Shown: one piece after another, positions 1-10,900 of the stretch
How the letters are laid out: every line of letters begins with the position of its first letter
Numbering within the stretch: the first letter of the stretch is position 1
From: an uncultured Rivularia sp.
Lineage (GTDB): Bacteria; Cyanobacteriota; Cyanobacteriia; Cyanobacteriales; Nostocaceae
DNA length: 64,000 bases
Direction: 5' to 3'
NCBI GenBank assembly: GCA_963665115.1
Contig: OY762007.1
Span: forward strand, 2,080,001-2,144,000
Position numbers and translations under genes: made by a program
The notes under the pieces: generated by a model
What the model saw: only the letters and a program-made list of their open reading frames with translations
Databases searched by the model: none
What the model was told of the DNA's origin: nothing

Positions 1-1
1 A

Positions 2-1048
2 GCTCAATATCACATCAACGCCGACATCGCTTACGCTATCAAAAAATACGTTGAGATTACTGGAGATACCGATTTTCTCTACAACGAAGGTGTGGAAATT
101 TTGGTGGAAACTGCCCGACTATGGCAGAATTTAGGATTTTTTAAAAATGGCAAATTCCACATTCACGGTGTCACCGGACCAGACGAATACACTGCCGTAG
201 TAAATAATAATACCTACACCAACTTAATGGCGCGGGAAAATTTACGGTATGCCGTCCAAACGGTTGAGATTCTGCAAAACGAAGATTTAGAAAGATTTAC
301 AGCACTCTTAGATAGAACTAACCTTGCTTTATCTGAGATTAAAGAATGGCAAAAAGCTGCCGATGCGATGTATCTTCCCTACGATCAAGTAAAAGGTATT
401 CACCCCCAAGATGACAGTTTCCTCAGTAAAAAAGCTTGGGATTTTGAGAATACACCTACCTCAAAATATCCTTTGCTGCTACACTTTCATCCCCTAGTAA
501 TCTACCGTCACCAAGTAATTAAACAAGTGGATGTGGTACTAGCTATGCATTTGCTGGGACAAGAATTTTCCGAAGAACAGAAAAAGCTTAATTTTGATTA
601 TTACGATCCTTTGACAAGCGGAGATTCTTCTCTTTCGGTATCTATTCAAAGTATTGTCGCTTGTCAACTTGGATATATCGAGAAAGCTGTCAAATACGCC
701 TATTATGCGGTATTGATGGATTTAGCGGATATTGGAGGTAACACCAAAGATGGCTGTCACATGGCTTCAATGGGTGGTTCCTGGATGGTAATGGTATACG
801 GATTTGCCGGGATGAAAGACTACAACGGCAATTTATCTTTTAATCCCAGATTGCCCAAAGGAACAAAACGCCTACATTTTCCTTTAACAATTCGTTCTCA
901 AAGATTAGAAGTAGACATTTGCCATGAAGCAGTAACTTATTTGTTAAGTGAAGGTTCCGAATTAAGAATCGAGCATCAAGATGAGGAGATACTTCTTCAA
1001 GTCGGAATTCCCGTTTGCATTAAGCAGAAAGTCCAGGATTATCAATGA
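2..1048 (+). CDS. Glycoside hydrolase family 65 (kojibiose/trehalose/maltose phosphorylase-like), 5' truncated by window edge
   Basis: Frame open from base 2 (AQYHINADIAYA). Motifs GVTGPDEY, VIKQVDVVL and DSSLS are typical of GH65. Confidence 0.9.
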   Translation, partial: AQYHINADIAYAIKKYVEITGDTDFLYNEGVEILVETARLWQNLGFFKNGKFHIHGVTGPDEYTAVVNNNTYTNLMARENLRYAVQTVEILQNEDLERFTALLDRTNLALSEIKEWQKAADAMYLPYDQVKGIHPQDDSFLSKKAWDFENTPTSKYPLLLHFHPLVIYRHQVIKQVDVVLAMHLLGQEFSEEQKKLNFDYYDPLTSGDSSLSVSIQSIVACQLGYIEKAVKYAYYAVLMDLADIGGNTKDGCHMASMGGSWMVMVYGFAGMKDYNGNLSFNPRLPKGTKRLHFPLTIRSQRLEVDICHEAVTYLLSEGSELRIEHQDEEILLQVGIPVCIKQKVQDYQ

Positions 1049-1095
1049 ACAATCATCAATTACCAATGAACAATAATTGACAATTGAACATTGAC

Positions 1096-4023
1096 TTAAT
1101 TGGTTCTCAGAGGGGCATTCAACACTTTACTAATTCTTTGGCGTGTTTCTAGTAAATGCGCCTTTGTATATTCATCGTCGGAATTTACATCGTCTATTTT
1201 CTCGCCTAATTGACGCAGCTTGTACCATGCTAAGGTACGGGCATCTTCGGGTACGTTGACTTTTCGCAACACCATGTTGGCTAAAATGTCTAAATATTTT
1301 CGCTGCAATCCCCGACGTAAACTGGAGATTTCGATGTCTTTGTCTTTTGGTTTCAATACTTCCGTCCAAATGCTGTCTTGAAGCGTATTAAATAGCTCTG
1401 GCAATGTCAGTGCTTCTCCCGACTTACTTTTCAACTCAATATCTTTGAGACGAGAAAGGCGATCGCTCGAAAGTAAATCGTACAACACCATGTTCTGCAT
1501 GAATAGTACTAAGTCGTGGATGGGATAGTCCAACCGACCTACTTGAGGATTGCTTCCCCAATGCCGCCAACGTGATGGTGCTAATTTATTCAGCAGTTCG
1601 GGAGAGAAATTAAAAGCATCTTCAGCAAAGATGTAATCTCCTAATACTTCTAAGGCTTGCCGCTGTTTTTCGACAGGTACGGGTTCAAATGGCAACCGAG
1701 TTTGGTCTTTACTGGCGTAAACTCGGTAGAATGACTGACCGCCAATGTATTTTGATGTGTAGTAAATTTGTTGAAAATAGTTACTTAATACTGCACCAAA
1801 GCGATCGCGCACGTCGCTGTAACTTTCTCCTTCTAGAGGATATCGCTTGTTGATTCTATCCCACATTTTGCGAGCGTTATCCATCTGCCATTGGGAATAA
1901 AGCAGTACGTTAGAACTATTATCCCAGGCATCGGCTGTGGGATCTAAGTCGTATACGTCTTCATCTGTAGCATAGCTATACTCGGGTTTATAAGATTGGG
2001 AAGCGATTTTTCGTAAAGCTGGCTTTTCGGCGTTTGTGGACGCAGCCTTGATTTGAGAATAACCGTATTTTACTGCCCATGCATCGTATGGTCCAATTAT
2101 GCTGGGGAAATAATCTCCCTGCTTAACGCTTTCTGGGGCAATATTAGGAGGAATATAGTCCATAACCGAAGCTACTTGCCCGCGAGTACGAGTAATACTT
2201 CTGTTGTTCATTTCTTTGGGAGACAGCATGGTGCTTCCTCGGAAATTATGTCTCAAACCCAAAGTATGCCCGACTTCATGAGCAACAATCAACCGTAAAT
2301 ATTGGTGAAGATATTCTTTAGTTTCCTGACTGGTTGGTGGTAAGTCTCGCAGCAGAGAAATCGCTAATTTACCATAACCAAATTGATTGGTAGCTTCTAT
2401 TCCATAACAAAGATCGTATCTGCTAGCTAATGTAGATAAACGCTCTACAACTTCTTCTAATGCGGATAGCTCTGTAGAATCATTATTTTCTGCTTCTAAA
2501 TTATTGCTACACAATAGACGATTTTGCATCATCGCCGATAAAGAAGTAAGTTTTTTCGACTGGGTAGGTTGAACCATTTGTCGATAATCTTTCTTCAGAG
2601 AACTAACTAGACTAGCATCTATCAAGATATCTGCGTCTAGAATTTCTCCCGTCAAGGGATTAACGCGGGATGGTCCCATTGCAAAATACCCGTCAACTGT
2701 GTTAATCCAGCGGATGGTATTGTAACGGATGTCTGAGGGGTCCCAAGTGGCGGTGTCGGGCATCTGCTTGACTTGAATGGCATTTTTAAACCCAGCGGCT
2801 TCAAACGCCCGATTCCACATCAAAACGCCTTCTTTAATAGCTTCCCGATATTCGTAAGGTGTAGCGTTATCGATCCAATAAACAATCGGTTTTTTCGGTT
2901 CGGAAATACTCGCGTTTGGATATTTCTTTTCCAAATTCCACCGATTTACATAGCGCACAAATGGATCGCTGGGGTCTTTTGTAGATAAATCTCGATAAGC
3001 TGTGATGAAATAACCTACTCTTTCATCGGCTAAACGGGGTTGGTAATTATTCTCTGGTAACTGAGAAAGACTGTAATGAAGCTTGAGAGTAAAACCACGT
3101 TTATCGGCTAAGGTTTTAAATTTAGGGCTTCTTAGCTTGGTACTACCAGTCCCCGAAAAATTCAAAACGGACTGAACTTCTATATTCTGAGGAAAAACTT
3201 TAGCAGTACCAAAATAAGATGAATCTTTACTTCCCGGTACTCCCAAACTGGAAGATAATCCAGCTAAATCTGTAAGCAATAAATCCCCTAAATCGATCAG
3301 CACGCTCTTACGCTGCGGATGAATGCTTTTAATTTTGACTCTATAAAGAACAGAATCGCTGAAGGATCTAGCCAAAGAACGGACTTGAGGATCTCCTTCC
3401 TGAGTACGGAAGTTGACGTTACGAACTACAAAATGTAAATTATCACCTACACGCTCAAAGTAAAACAGAAAATCCTGCAAAGGCATTCCACTGTAAATAC
3501 CGGCTTCACCAATACCCGATTCTAAAGTTGCTGTTGCTAGATAATTTTTCTTAAACTGTGTTGGTTGAACTTCTAAATAGATTTTATTTTTTTCTTTATC
3601 CCTGTAAAGGGTAAACAAACCTTTTGAAACTTTTGTATCTTTAGTAACTTTATCGAAAGCTTTGAAAGCATCTTTTTTTGCTGGTTTCGGTTTCTTAACA
3701 GGTTTTTTATCTGCTTTATTTAATTGTAACAAAGGCTGTTGCGCTACTTTTTTTGTATCATTAACTACCCAAGTAAATTGTTCTGGCTGTACTTCTTTCT
3801 CCCCAAGTACCCATACTTTTCCTGGTGATAGTTTTTCGATACTCGCTCTCTTAATTTTGTTTACTGTACGAGAATCGTTAATTTTTTTTGCTTTACGCGA
3901 CTGCATAGCTGGATTTAACGTTACTGCAACGGCAGTCGTTGCAGCTAGTGACTTGAGACCAAAAGTTGCTACAGCTAAATACAAACCCTGTAACAAAATT
4001 AAATAAACACTCTTTTTTTTCAT
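1096..4023 (-). CDS. Secreted zinc-dependent metalloprotease (metzincin, DUF4953/DUF5117-type)
   Basis: Signal peptide, zinc motif HEVGHTLGLRH, Met-turn SVMDY, and PRLADERVGYF motif. Confidence 0.85.
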   Translation of the reverse strand: MKKKSVYLILLQGLYLAVATFGLKSLAATTAVAVTLNPAMQSRKAKKINDSRTVNKIKRASIEKLSPGKVWVLGEKEVQPEQFTWVVNDTKKVAQQPLLQLNKADKKPVKKPKPAKKDAFKAFDKVTKDTKVSKGLFTLYRDKEKNKIYLEVQPTQFKKNYLATATLESGIGEAGIYSGMPLQDFLFYFERVGDNLHFVVRNVNFRTQEGDPQVRSLARSFSDSVLYRVKIKSIHPQRKSVLIDLGDLLLTDLAGLSSSLGVPGSKDSSYFGTAKVFPQNIEVQSVLNFSGTGSTKLRSPKFKTLADKRGFTLKLHYSLSQLPENNYQPRLADERVGYFITAYRDLSTKDPSDPFVRYVNRWNLEKKYPNASISEPKKPIVYWIDNATPYEYREAIKEGVLMWNRAFEAAGFKNAIQVKQMPDTATWDPSDIRYNTIRWINTVDGYFAMGPSRVNPLTGEILDADILIDASLVSSLKKDYRQMVQPTQSKKLTSLSAMMQNRLLCSNNLEAENNDSTELSALEEVVERLSTLASRYDLCYGIEATNQFGYGKLAISLLRDLPPTSQETKEYLHQYLRLIVAHEVGHTLGLRHNFRGSTMLSPKEMNNRSITRTRGQVASVMDYIPPNIAPESVKQGDYFPSIIGPYDAWAVKYGYSQIKAASTNAEKPALRKIASQSYKPEYSYATDEDVYDLDPTADAWDNSSNVLLYSQWQMDNARKMWDRINKRYPLEGESYSDVRDRFGAVLSNYFQQIYYTSKYIGGQSFYRVYASKDQTRLPFEPVPVEKQRQALEVLGDYIFAEDAFNFSPELLNKLAPSRWRHWGSNPQVGRLDYPIHDLVLFMQNMVLYDLLSSDRLSRLKDIELKSKSGEALTLPELFNTLQDSIWTEVLKPKDKDIEISSLRRGLQRKYLDILANMVLRKVNVPEDARTLAWYKLRQLGEKIDDVNSDDEYTKAHLLETRQRISKVLNAPLRTN

Positions 4024-4559
4024 CCGAATAATCTCCGGGCTACTTAGCCTAATTCATTTGCAATGCTTACAGAGCATGAATGCATACCAGTTGCTCTCCC
4101 CTCAGTTACTCACCGTATTTATATGGTCGATCTTCAAAACTAAAAATATATTAAATGCCTTATATCAAGCAGAAACCTTTTTTGTTCGGATGAATATGAC
4201 ATCTTTTAGTTTTTTTGTCCCTTTTTGCTGTAGTATTCTTCCTAACAATTGCTTCTGTCTCAAACAGTGCGTATTAAGAACGAAAGCCGAGCAAAAAATA
4301 TACTGGGAAGATAGTATAACAATCAAATCCGGAAAATTCCGTTTTTGAGAAACGAAAAACTATTCAACTTGAGATTTTAGCAATTGGAGGATGACAAATT
4401 GTATAGCAACGGTCAGGTAGCCGTTATTATACCCAATTGTAGTTTAGTTGGTCGTAGTAAATCATACTACTGGCTTTTTGTTTAAAAACCCACTGAGTTG
4501 AAGCAAATATTCAGGTAAGCTCTTTTTAGTTAGCTAATATATAGTATCAAAATATACAA

Positions 4560-6281
4560 ATGGTGCAGATAGAATTTCTCAAACAACTCTGGAGAAATTG
4601 TTTGAGGCAGTCTCGGTTGGAAGACGTGCTTCATACAGCATCCGGAGAAAGTAAGATAATTACGATGCCCGCACTTAGCGATCGATTGCCTTCACAACAA
4701 GTAGAGTGTAAAGAAAATAATTTGCTTTCAATTAGTTTTGAGGAAAAACTACAAGCAAGTTTAATAGAATGGGCGCAAACGAGCAATGGTTTTACATCTA
4801 ATATAGACATAGATAAGCAACAGTTTTACAAAGATATTTATGCTGTATTGTCTAATATTGCACTGAAGCCAGAAGTTGTGGAATCTGCAATAAAGCGGTT
4901 TATGACAAGCAGAAAAGCAAATCCAATAACTCTTTTTAGAAAATTAGAAGATTTTTATAATCGCTGGTGTGATGGTGAATTTATTGATGCCGCACCAGAT
5001 CGTAACTTGCCTCAAAAGCAAATGTTGCAGTTGAAACGGCAAAACATCGTTACTGGTTTGCGGAAAGTAGACATAAATACTGGACTGAATGTAATGATTT
5101 TGCTTTTAAAGTTACACAGATTTCAAGAGCAAAGTAATAAGGGACTTGCTGAAATTACTTTTTATTCATCTGGAAAGCCTGATAGCGAGAACTTTTTCAC
5201 ATCTAAGCTGCTGCGGGTAATTAACTATAGCGATTCTGTTGAAATAGGTAATTTTAGTAACGTGGTTGGCGCATTTTTAGAAGGTGCCCTGCTAGAAAAC
5301 GTTTATTTAGGGGATGCAAACCTTACAGGCGCTAATTTGAGCGGTGCCAACCTTGAAAGTGCTTATTTGGGAGACGCTAATCTTACAGGAGTACAAGCCA
5401 AAAAAACCAACCTTTCTAATGCTAACCTTGGTGATGCAAATTTAAGCGGAGCCGATATCACAGAAGCCAATCTGACTCATTGCGACTTGACTCATTGTAA
5501 TTTGAGCGGTGCCGATCTAAGCGGTGCGGATTTGAGTGGAGCGGATCTAAGCTATGCAAATCTAGCTACTGCTAATTTAGCTGGTGTAAATTTAGCTGGT
5601 GCGAATTTAACTAGTGCAAATCTTAGAGATACAGATTTGAGTGGCGCTAACCTGAAAAATTCCGTTGCTTTTGCTGCTAATTTAAGCGATGCGAACCTAA
5701 CTGGCGTGGAATTAAGCTATGCCGACTTGTGCCGCGCCGATCTTAGCGGCGTGAATCTTAGAGGCTCTACTCTTAAAGGTACAAACCTTAGCGACTCTTT
5801 ACTGTTCGGTACTAACTTTACCGAAGCTATATTACTTGCAGCCGATCTTAGCTACGCCAAACTCAATGGGGCTAACCTCAACAGCGCTAATTTGCAAGGA
5901 GCAATTATTTTAGGTGCCGATTTAGGAGGTGTTGATTTAAATAAAGTGATTCTTCACGAAGCTGACTTGAGTGGAGTAACTTTGAGCGAAGCAGATTTAA
6001 GCGGTGCGGATCTCAGCGACGCGATTTTACTTGGTACCGATTTAAGTTATGCGAATTTGCAGAGCGCTAATCTCAGCGGTAGTAATCTGACTGGGGCTAT
6101 TTTTAACGGCGCTGACTTGAGCCATACCAACCTTAGCTATGCGATTCTTGGTGGTGCCGATTTAAGTGAAGCTAACTTGGAAAATAGCAGTTGGAATGAA
6201 AATTTGGAATGGGAAAATGTTCGCGGTTTGGATAAAGCATTGAATATTCCTGAAGCTTTAAAAGATAAATTGAGACTTTAG
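4560..6281 (+). CDS. Pentapeptide repeat protein
   Basis: Long A(D/N)L(S/T)G repeat run in the C-terminal ~330 aa. Confidence 0.9.
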   Translation: MVQIEFLKQLWRNCLRQSRLEDVLHTASGESKIITMPALSDRLPSQQVECKENNLLSISFEEKLQASLIEWAQTSNGFTSNIDIDKQQFYKDIYAVLSNIALKPEVVESAIKRFMTSRKANPITLFRKLEDFYNRWCDGEFIDAAPDRNLPQKQMLQLKRQNIVTGLRKVDINTGLNVMILLLKLHRFQEQSNKGLAEITFYSSGKPDSENFFTSKLLRVINYSDSVEIGNFSNVVGAFLEGALLENVYLGDANLTGANLSGANLESAYLGDANLTGVQAKKTNLSNANLGDANLSGADITEANLTHCDLTHCNLSGADLSGADLSGADLSYANLATANLAGVNLAGANLTSANLRDTDLSGANLKNSVAFAANLSDANLTGVELSYADLCRADLSGVNLRGSTLKGTNLSDSLLFGTNFTEAILLAADLSYAKLNGANLNSANLQGAIILGADLGGVDLNKVILHEADLSGVTLSEADLSGADLSDAILLGTDLSYANLQSANLSGSNLTGAIFNGADLSHTNLSYAILGGADLSEANLENSSWNENLEWENVRGLDKALNIPEALKDKLRL

Positions 6282-6427
6282 GTTGAACTTTAGAAAAATT
6301 TAAGCTTTACCAAACTTTACATTTATGAGGTAAACCGTTAAAGTTCATTGCGAAAACTGCCGAATAAATTTCTTTGATAATAAGTTCTGATATGCTCGCA
6401 TAAATGGCAATCAAAAAGGAGAACACT

Positions 6428-6634
6428 GTGGCAATGGAATCAAATACCGTTACAGGTAATCAAGTAGCACGTGAAGAATTCAGCGAATATGTTGCTCACT
6501 TGCAATTTCATATGACTCTACAGGCTCGCAATCTGGTTCCAAGCCTCAAACAGAATTCGATTGACAGCCGAGGAGAACTACTTCATCAAACTCAAGCTGA
6601 TTTTGAAAAGATTATTTCTAGACAAGCATTATAA
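6428..6634 (+). CDS. Small hypothetical protein (~68 aa)
   Basis: AAGGAG RBS at 6416-6421 precedes an in-frame GTG at 6428; helical-looking sequence FSEYVAHLQFHMTLQARNL. Confidence 0.65.
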   Translation: MAMESNTVTGNQVAREEFSEYVAHLQFHMTLQARNLVPSLKQNSIDSRGELLHQTQADFEKIISRQAL

Positions 6635-6842
6635 ACCATTAACTAAACTTAACAAAAATTAAATACAATGAAAACAGTTCTTGTTGAGAATACTTACTTA
6701 TTATTCTCTTTAAGGGCTGTTTTTTATGATCAAGTGAGCAAAATCACTCTTTTGATGCAACGGTTAACAACGTAAAGCCGTTAATATAATTGCAGTACTT
6801 CTTAGTAATTACATTATATTTAAGGCTTAAGGTTGGACGGAG

Positions 6843-8099
6843 ATGAAAATGACATCATTACTTTCCCAGAATATTAATATCGTTATTCGACAAGTCCAAT
6901 ACCGGGATTTGGATGATATCGAACGTCTTTCCCAAGAGTCATTCGCAGCCCAAAACCTTTCGGAAGAACACTTTGCAACGCAGCAGGCACAAAAACTGCG
7001 GCGTAATTTTGGATTACTGAAATTTTTAAGTTGGTTTCCCAACCCCTTACAGCATCGTCTTTGCGCTTATGTAGCAGAACAAGGACGTACTATGTTGGGA
7101 ATTGTTCAGGTATCGCCATTCAATAAAACACGCAGTACTTGGCGCGTAGATCGGGTGATGCTAGAGAAATCTGTCAACAAGCAGGCAATTGGCTCTCAAC
7201 TTTTGCGCTACTGCTTTGAATCGATCTTAGAAGCTCGAACCTGGATTTTAGAAGCCAACGTCAACGACAAAGAAGCCTTAGCCCTTTATCGGCAAAACGG
7301 ATTTCAGCGTTTGGCTGAAATGACATACTGGGAAGTTGAACCAGAATTACTAGCTTCTCTGGCACAAGCAGAACCAGATTTACCTAATCTGTTACCTGTA
7401 AGTAATGCAGATGCTCAGTTACTGTATCAACTCGATACAGCATCAATGCCGCCTTTGGTACGTCAGGTATTTGATCGCCAAACTCATGATTTTAAAACTG
7501 GCTTAATCGGAGCTTTAGCCGATGCAGTTAAGCAGTGGTTGACAAAATCAGAAATAGTTAGCGGTTACGTATTTGAACCCCAAAGAAAAGCAGCAATTGG
7601 CTATTTTCAACTGAAAATCGATCGTAAAGGAGAAGCACAACACCTTGCGACCTTAACCGTTCATCCAGCATATACTTGGCTGTATCCAGAGCTACTATCT
7701 CAAATGGCTCGCATAACTCAAGATTTTCCTTCCTCTTCCCTGAAAGTTGCTTCAGCAGACTATCAGCCAGAAGGAGAAGAATATCTGGAGCAAATAGGAG
7801 CAAGTCGTATAGAACATACATTAATTATGTCTCGTTCCGTATGGCACAAAGTACGGGAATCGAAATTTGTTTCCTTAGAAGGAATTCAGCTACCAGAAAT
7901 GCTCCAAGGATTGCAGCCAGCCCGCAAACCTATACCCGGTGGAATGTTGTGGAAGCAAGAAAAAAGACGGGAAATGTTAGAGAGAGCAAAATTAAACAAA
8001 TTATCTAAATTATCCCAAGATAATATTGCTTTACCATACAAAAAAAGTAACTTAGAAGGGAATTCCCAAAAGCCTTCAACCGACAATCCACAGGAGTAA
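6843..8099 (+). CDS. GNAT family N-acetyltransferase
   Basis: GNAT motifs QAIGSQLL and NKEALALYRQNGF-like; usual cyanobacterial position upstream of ruvX. Confidence 0.85.
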   Translation: MKMTSLLSQNINIVIRQVQYRDLDDIERLSQESFAAQNLSEEHFATQQAQKLRRNFGLLKFLSWFPNPLQHRLCAYVAEQGRTMLGIVQVSPFNKTRSTWRVDRVMLEKSVNKQAIGSQLLRYCFESILEARTWILEANVNDKEALALYRQNGFQRLAEMTYWEVEPELLASLAQAEPDLPNLLPVSNADAQLLYQLDTASMPPLVRQVFDRQTHDFKTGLIGALADAVKQWLTKSEIVSGYVFEPQRKAAIGYFQLKIDRKGEAQHLATLTVHPAYTWLYPELLSQMARITQDFPSSSLKVASADYQPEGEEYLEQIGASRIEHTLIMSRSVWHKVRESKFVSLEGIQLPEMLQGLQPARKPIPGGMLWKQEKRREMLERAKLNKLSKLSQDNIALPYKKSNLEGNSQKPSTDNPQE

Positions 8100-8103
8100 C
8101 AAC

Positions 8104-8628
8104 TTGGTTCCGCAAGAGGAAAGAGAAGATCGAGCAAACGCCCCCGAATTCTCTCACACTCCAACAAACACAAAGCAAACCTCCTATATATCCGCTTTAG
8201 GATTAGATGTAGGTCAAAAAAGAATTGGTATAGCAGGGTGCGATCGCACTGGTTTAATTGCGAGTGGAATTACCACGTTGCATCGCACATCTTTTGACCG
8301 AGATATCAAGTTATTACAGCAAATAATCCAAGAAAGAGACGTAGAAATTTTGGTAGTTGGGCTACCCTATTCTATGGACGGTTCGATAGGGTTTCAAGCG
8401 CGTCACGTGCAGAAATTTACCAAAAGAATCACAGCAATATTGAAATTACCTGTAGAATACGTAGACGAACGTTTAACTTCGTATCAAGCAGAACAAATGA
8501 TAATTGCCGAAAAACGTTCTCCTTCCCGCAACAAAGGATTAATCGATCGAAAAGCAGCAGCACTAATCCTGCAACAATGGTTAGACATGAGACGGCAGCG
8601 AATAGCATTGGATGAAAAAAACGCTTAA
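8104..8628 (+). CDS. ruvX: YqgF/RuvX pre-16S rRNA nuclease / Holliday junction resolvase-like
   Basis: Motifs LGLDVGQKRIGIA, VVGLP, DERLTS and DRKAAALILQ. Confidence 0.92.
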   Translation: MVPQEEREDRANAPEFSHTPTNTKQTSYISALGLDVGQKRIGIAGCDRTGLIASGITTLHRTSFDRDIKLLQQIIQERDVEILVVGLPYSMDGSIGFQARHVQKFTKRITAILKLPVEYVDERLTSYQAEQMIIAEKRSPSRNKGLIDRKAAALILQQWLDMRRQRIALDEKNA

Positions 8629-8774
8629 TTTTAAAAGCTTTTCACATGATATTCTGGATATTGCAAGAGTTAGAATTAATAATCGTTAGTATTTTACGGT
8701 GAAGAATTTTTTGCGCTCGCGATAGAGAAATCTATTTTCAAGCTGGTATTAATATTTGTTCATTTTACTCGGCT

Positions 8775-9348
8775 ATGTATCCACCTCAATTTCCAGAAGA
8801 AAACGACCGTTTCCAATCAAAATTCCATCACCTTGACTGATGAAAATGGAAGGGCACTTGAATGTTATGTCGAGCATTCGCTTGAAGTAGATGAGCAAGA
8901 GTATTTTTTATTGCTTCCTGTTGACTCACCTGTAGAAATTTTTGCTTGGCAAACCGATGGTGACGGAGAAGAAGCCGTTCTTGTCGAAGATGATGTGACA
9001 ATAGAACAGATATTTAGCACTGCTCAAGCTGTTTTATCCGAGCAAAATTTAGTTTTAAGAAACACGGCTTACGCTTTAACAGCTGCCGGAGAATTGCCGA
9101 CTATAGAAGAGTCAGACATTTTTACCTTAGAAATTGAAGACGAAGAGGCAGATTTAGAACCGGAGCAATTACAGTTATTAGCAAGTTTTTATTGCGAAGA
9201 ACAAGAATACGCAATTTACACGCCTTTAGATCCCTTGCTATTTTTTGCCCGCATAAATTCAGAAGGAACCCCAGAATTGCTTTCACCTGAAGAGTTTCGT
9301 GAATTTCAGCCATTATTAGAAGAACATCTTTTTAATGAAGTTGAATAG
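8775..9348 (+). CDS. DUF3727-type acidic protein; apparent +1 frameshift near 8810-8822
   Basis: ATG 8775 (MYPPQFPEEND) is one base out of frame with SITLTDENGRALECY. Span is 3n+1; ~190 aa when corrected. Confidence 0.8.
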
Positions 9349-9404
9349 GAATTAACTTAATTTTTATTCTTAATTTCAAAGTATAAAATATTGTCAATAA
9401 TAAT

Positions 9405-9590
9405 GTAGAGACGTAGCAGTGCTACGTCTTTTTAATTTTTGACGAAGTTAGATAAATTTGCAAATTGAAAATGAAAAACGGGCAGGGATGCCCGTACCAC
9501 AAGAGTTTTTTATATTAATTTGTAGGGTGTGTTACGGCTAAAATAACTTACCGATATAAATTGCAAATTATGAAATGCCGTAACGCACCA
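9405..9590. repeat. Cluster of three REP-like palindromes
   Basis: GTAGAGACGTAGCAGTGCTACGTCT (9405-9429); ACGGGCAGGGATGCCCGTACCACAAGAG (9478-9505); TGTAGGGTGTGTTACGGC...GCCGTAACGCACCA (9521-9590). Confidence 0.85.
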
Positions 9591-9638
9591 TCAATAATTA
9601 GAATAAGCCTTATAAATTATATATTTTAAAATCAAATT

Positions 9639-10145
9639 ATGATGAATAAAGCTTTGAGAAGCGCATGGCGAGAATTTCAGCAGATGATTTCTCAAATAGA
9701 CAATCGAGATAATCAAGTAAGTATATTTGAATGCATTAAACACTGGTATTTTGGAAACAAAAAAATGTTGTCATCGCATCTAACAGAAGAATATGGGTTA
9801 GAAGAATTAATAAATATAGATACAAAAGATTTTCCGCTTGAAAAATCAGAATGCAGTCCAGAAGACATCAAACGTTATCTTAAAATAGAGTTTTCAAGCG
9901 AACAATCAATGATTGCCTCTTTAAGAGATCAATTATGGGAACTTATTGTTTTAGCAGTAGATATTGAATGTCAACGTTGTGGCAAATTAGAGATGTCAGC
10001 TTTGTTTAATATAGAGACAGAAACGGTTTTTTTTGAATGTACTCAGTGTGGTTGGGTAAAAACAATTGATGAGCAACCAGTTGAATCTATTAAAAAGATA
10101 CGTTTAGCAACAAATCAAGATTTAAAAGTAGCTGGGTTAATATAA
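9639..10145 (+). CDS. Hypothetical protein with C-terminal zinc ribbon
   Basis: 168-aa AT-rich ORF with CQRC...CTQC. Confidence 0.65.
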   Translation: MMNKALRSAWREFQQMISQIDNRDNQVSIFECIKHWYFGNKKMLSSHLTEEYGLEELINIDTKDFPLEKSECSPEDIKRYLKIEFSSEQSMIASLRDQLWELIVLAVDIECQRCGKLEMSALFNIETETVFFECTQCGWVKTIDEQPVESIKKIRLATNQDLKVAGLI

Positions 10146-10197
10146 TTTTTTTATGAATAACATTAAGTGTGTATTACAGCATTAAAATCCCTGGCTC

Positions 10198-10261
10198 GTA
10201 GTAAGCGATTTATCGCTTTGTTTTCCGAAGCTAAGGTTAAAAGGACTGAAGTCCTTACTAC
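10198..10261. repeat. GTAG-type REP doublet
   Basis: GTAGTAAGCGATTTATCGCTT ... AAGGACTGAAGTCCTTACTAC. Confidence 0.75.
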
Positions 10262-10286
10262 GAACAAAAGTTGATTTAAAATCAAA

Positions 10287-10835
10287 ATGAATAATTCACG
10301 TTTAACAAAAATAAGTAAATATCTCAGCAAACATTTACGCCATCAGCCAGAAAGAATTGGTACTAAATTAGCCGTTGGTGGTTGGGTTGAAGTTAATGAA
10401 TTATTAGAAGCCTGTAGAAAAAATAAATTTCCTGTTACTCGCGCTGATTTAGAAGAAGTTGTTGCTACAAACGATAAAAAACGCTTTTCTTTTGATTCAA
10501 CTGGAACTAAAATTCGTGCAAATCAAGGGCACAGTGTAGAAGTCGATTTACAGTTGTTACCATCCGTTCCTCCCGATGTACTTTATCACGGTACCGGACA
10601 TAAAACGGTTGAAATAATTATGCAAAATGGACTTCGTAAAATGTCTCGTCATCACGTACATTTATCGTTTGATATTGGTACGGCAAAAAAAGTTGGCGCA
10701 AGACATGGGAAAGCCGTAGTTTTTGAAATTAATGCTGCAAAAATGTATGAAGCGGGTTTCGTTTTCTACTGTTCCGATAACGGAGTATGGTTGACGGATA
10801 ATGTTCCGGTAGAGTATTTGAAAGTTAGGAGTTAG
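10287..10835 (+). CDS. kptA: RNA 2'-phosphotransferase (KptA/Tpt1)
   Basis: Motifs LSKHLRH, KKRF, IRANQGHS, LYHGT, RHHVHLS and NGVWLT. Confidence 0.95.
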   Translation: MNNSRLTKISKYLSKHLRHQPERIGTKLAVGGWVEVNELLEACRKNKFPVTRADLEEVVATNDKKRFSFDSTGTKIRANQGHSVEVDLQLLPSVPPDVLYHGTGHKTVEIIMQNGLRKMSRHHVHLSFDIGTAKKVGARHGKAVVFEINAAKMYEAGFVFYCSDNGVWLTDNVPVEYLKVRS

Positions 10836-10891
10836 TAGTAGCGCTTTAGCGCATCCGGGTTCGGAATTCGGATGCGCTAAAGCGCTACTAC
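10835..10891. repeat. GTAG-type REP doublet/palindrome between convergent genes
   Basis: GTAGTAGCGCTTTAGCGCATCCG...CGGATGCGCTAAAGCGCTACTAC; related copy at 41809-41862. Confidence 0.85.
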
Positions 10892-10900
10892 CAACCATGA

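Noticed and set aside
4058..4348. 96-aa ORF and similar short intergenic ORFs (56632-56829, 61003-61188, 31193-31477)
   Set aside because: No RBS, motif or protein-like composition; they overlap promoter regions.
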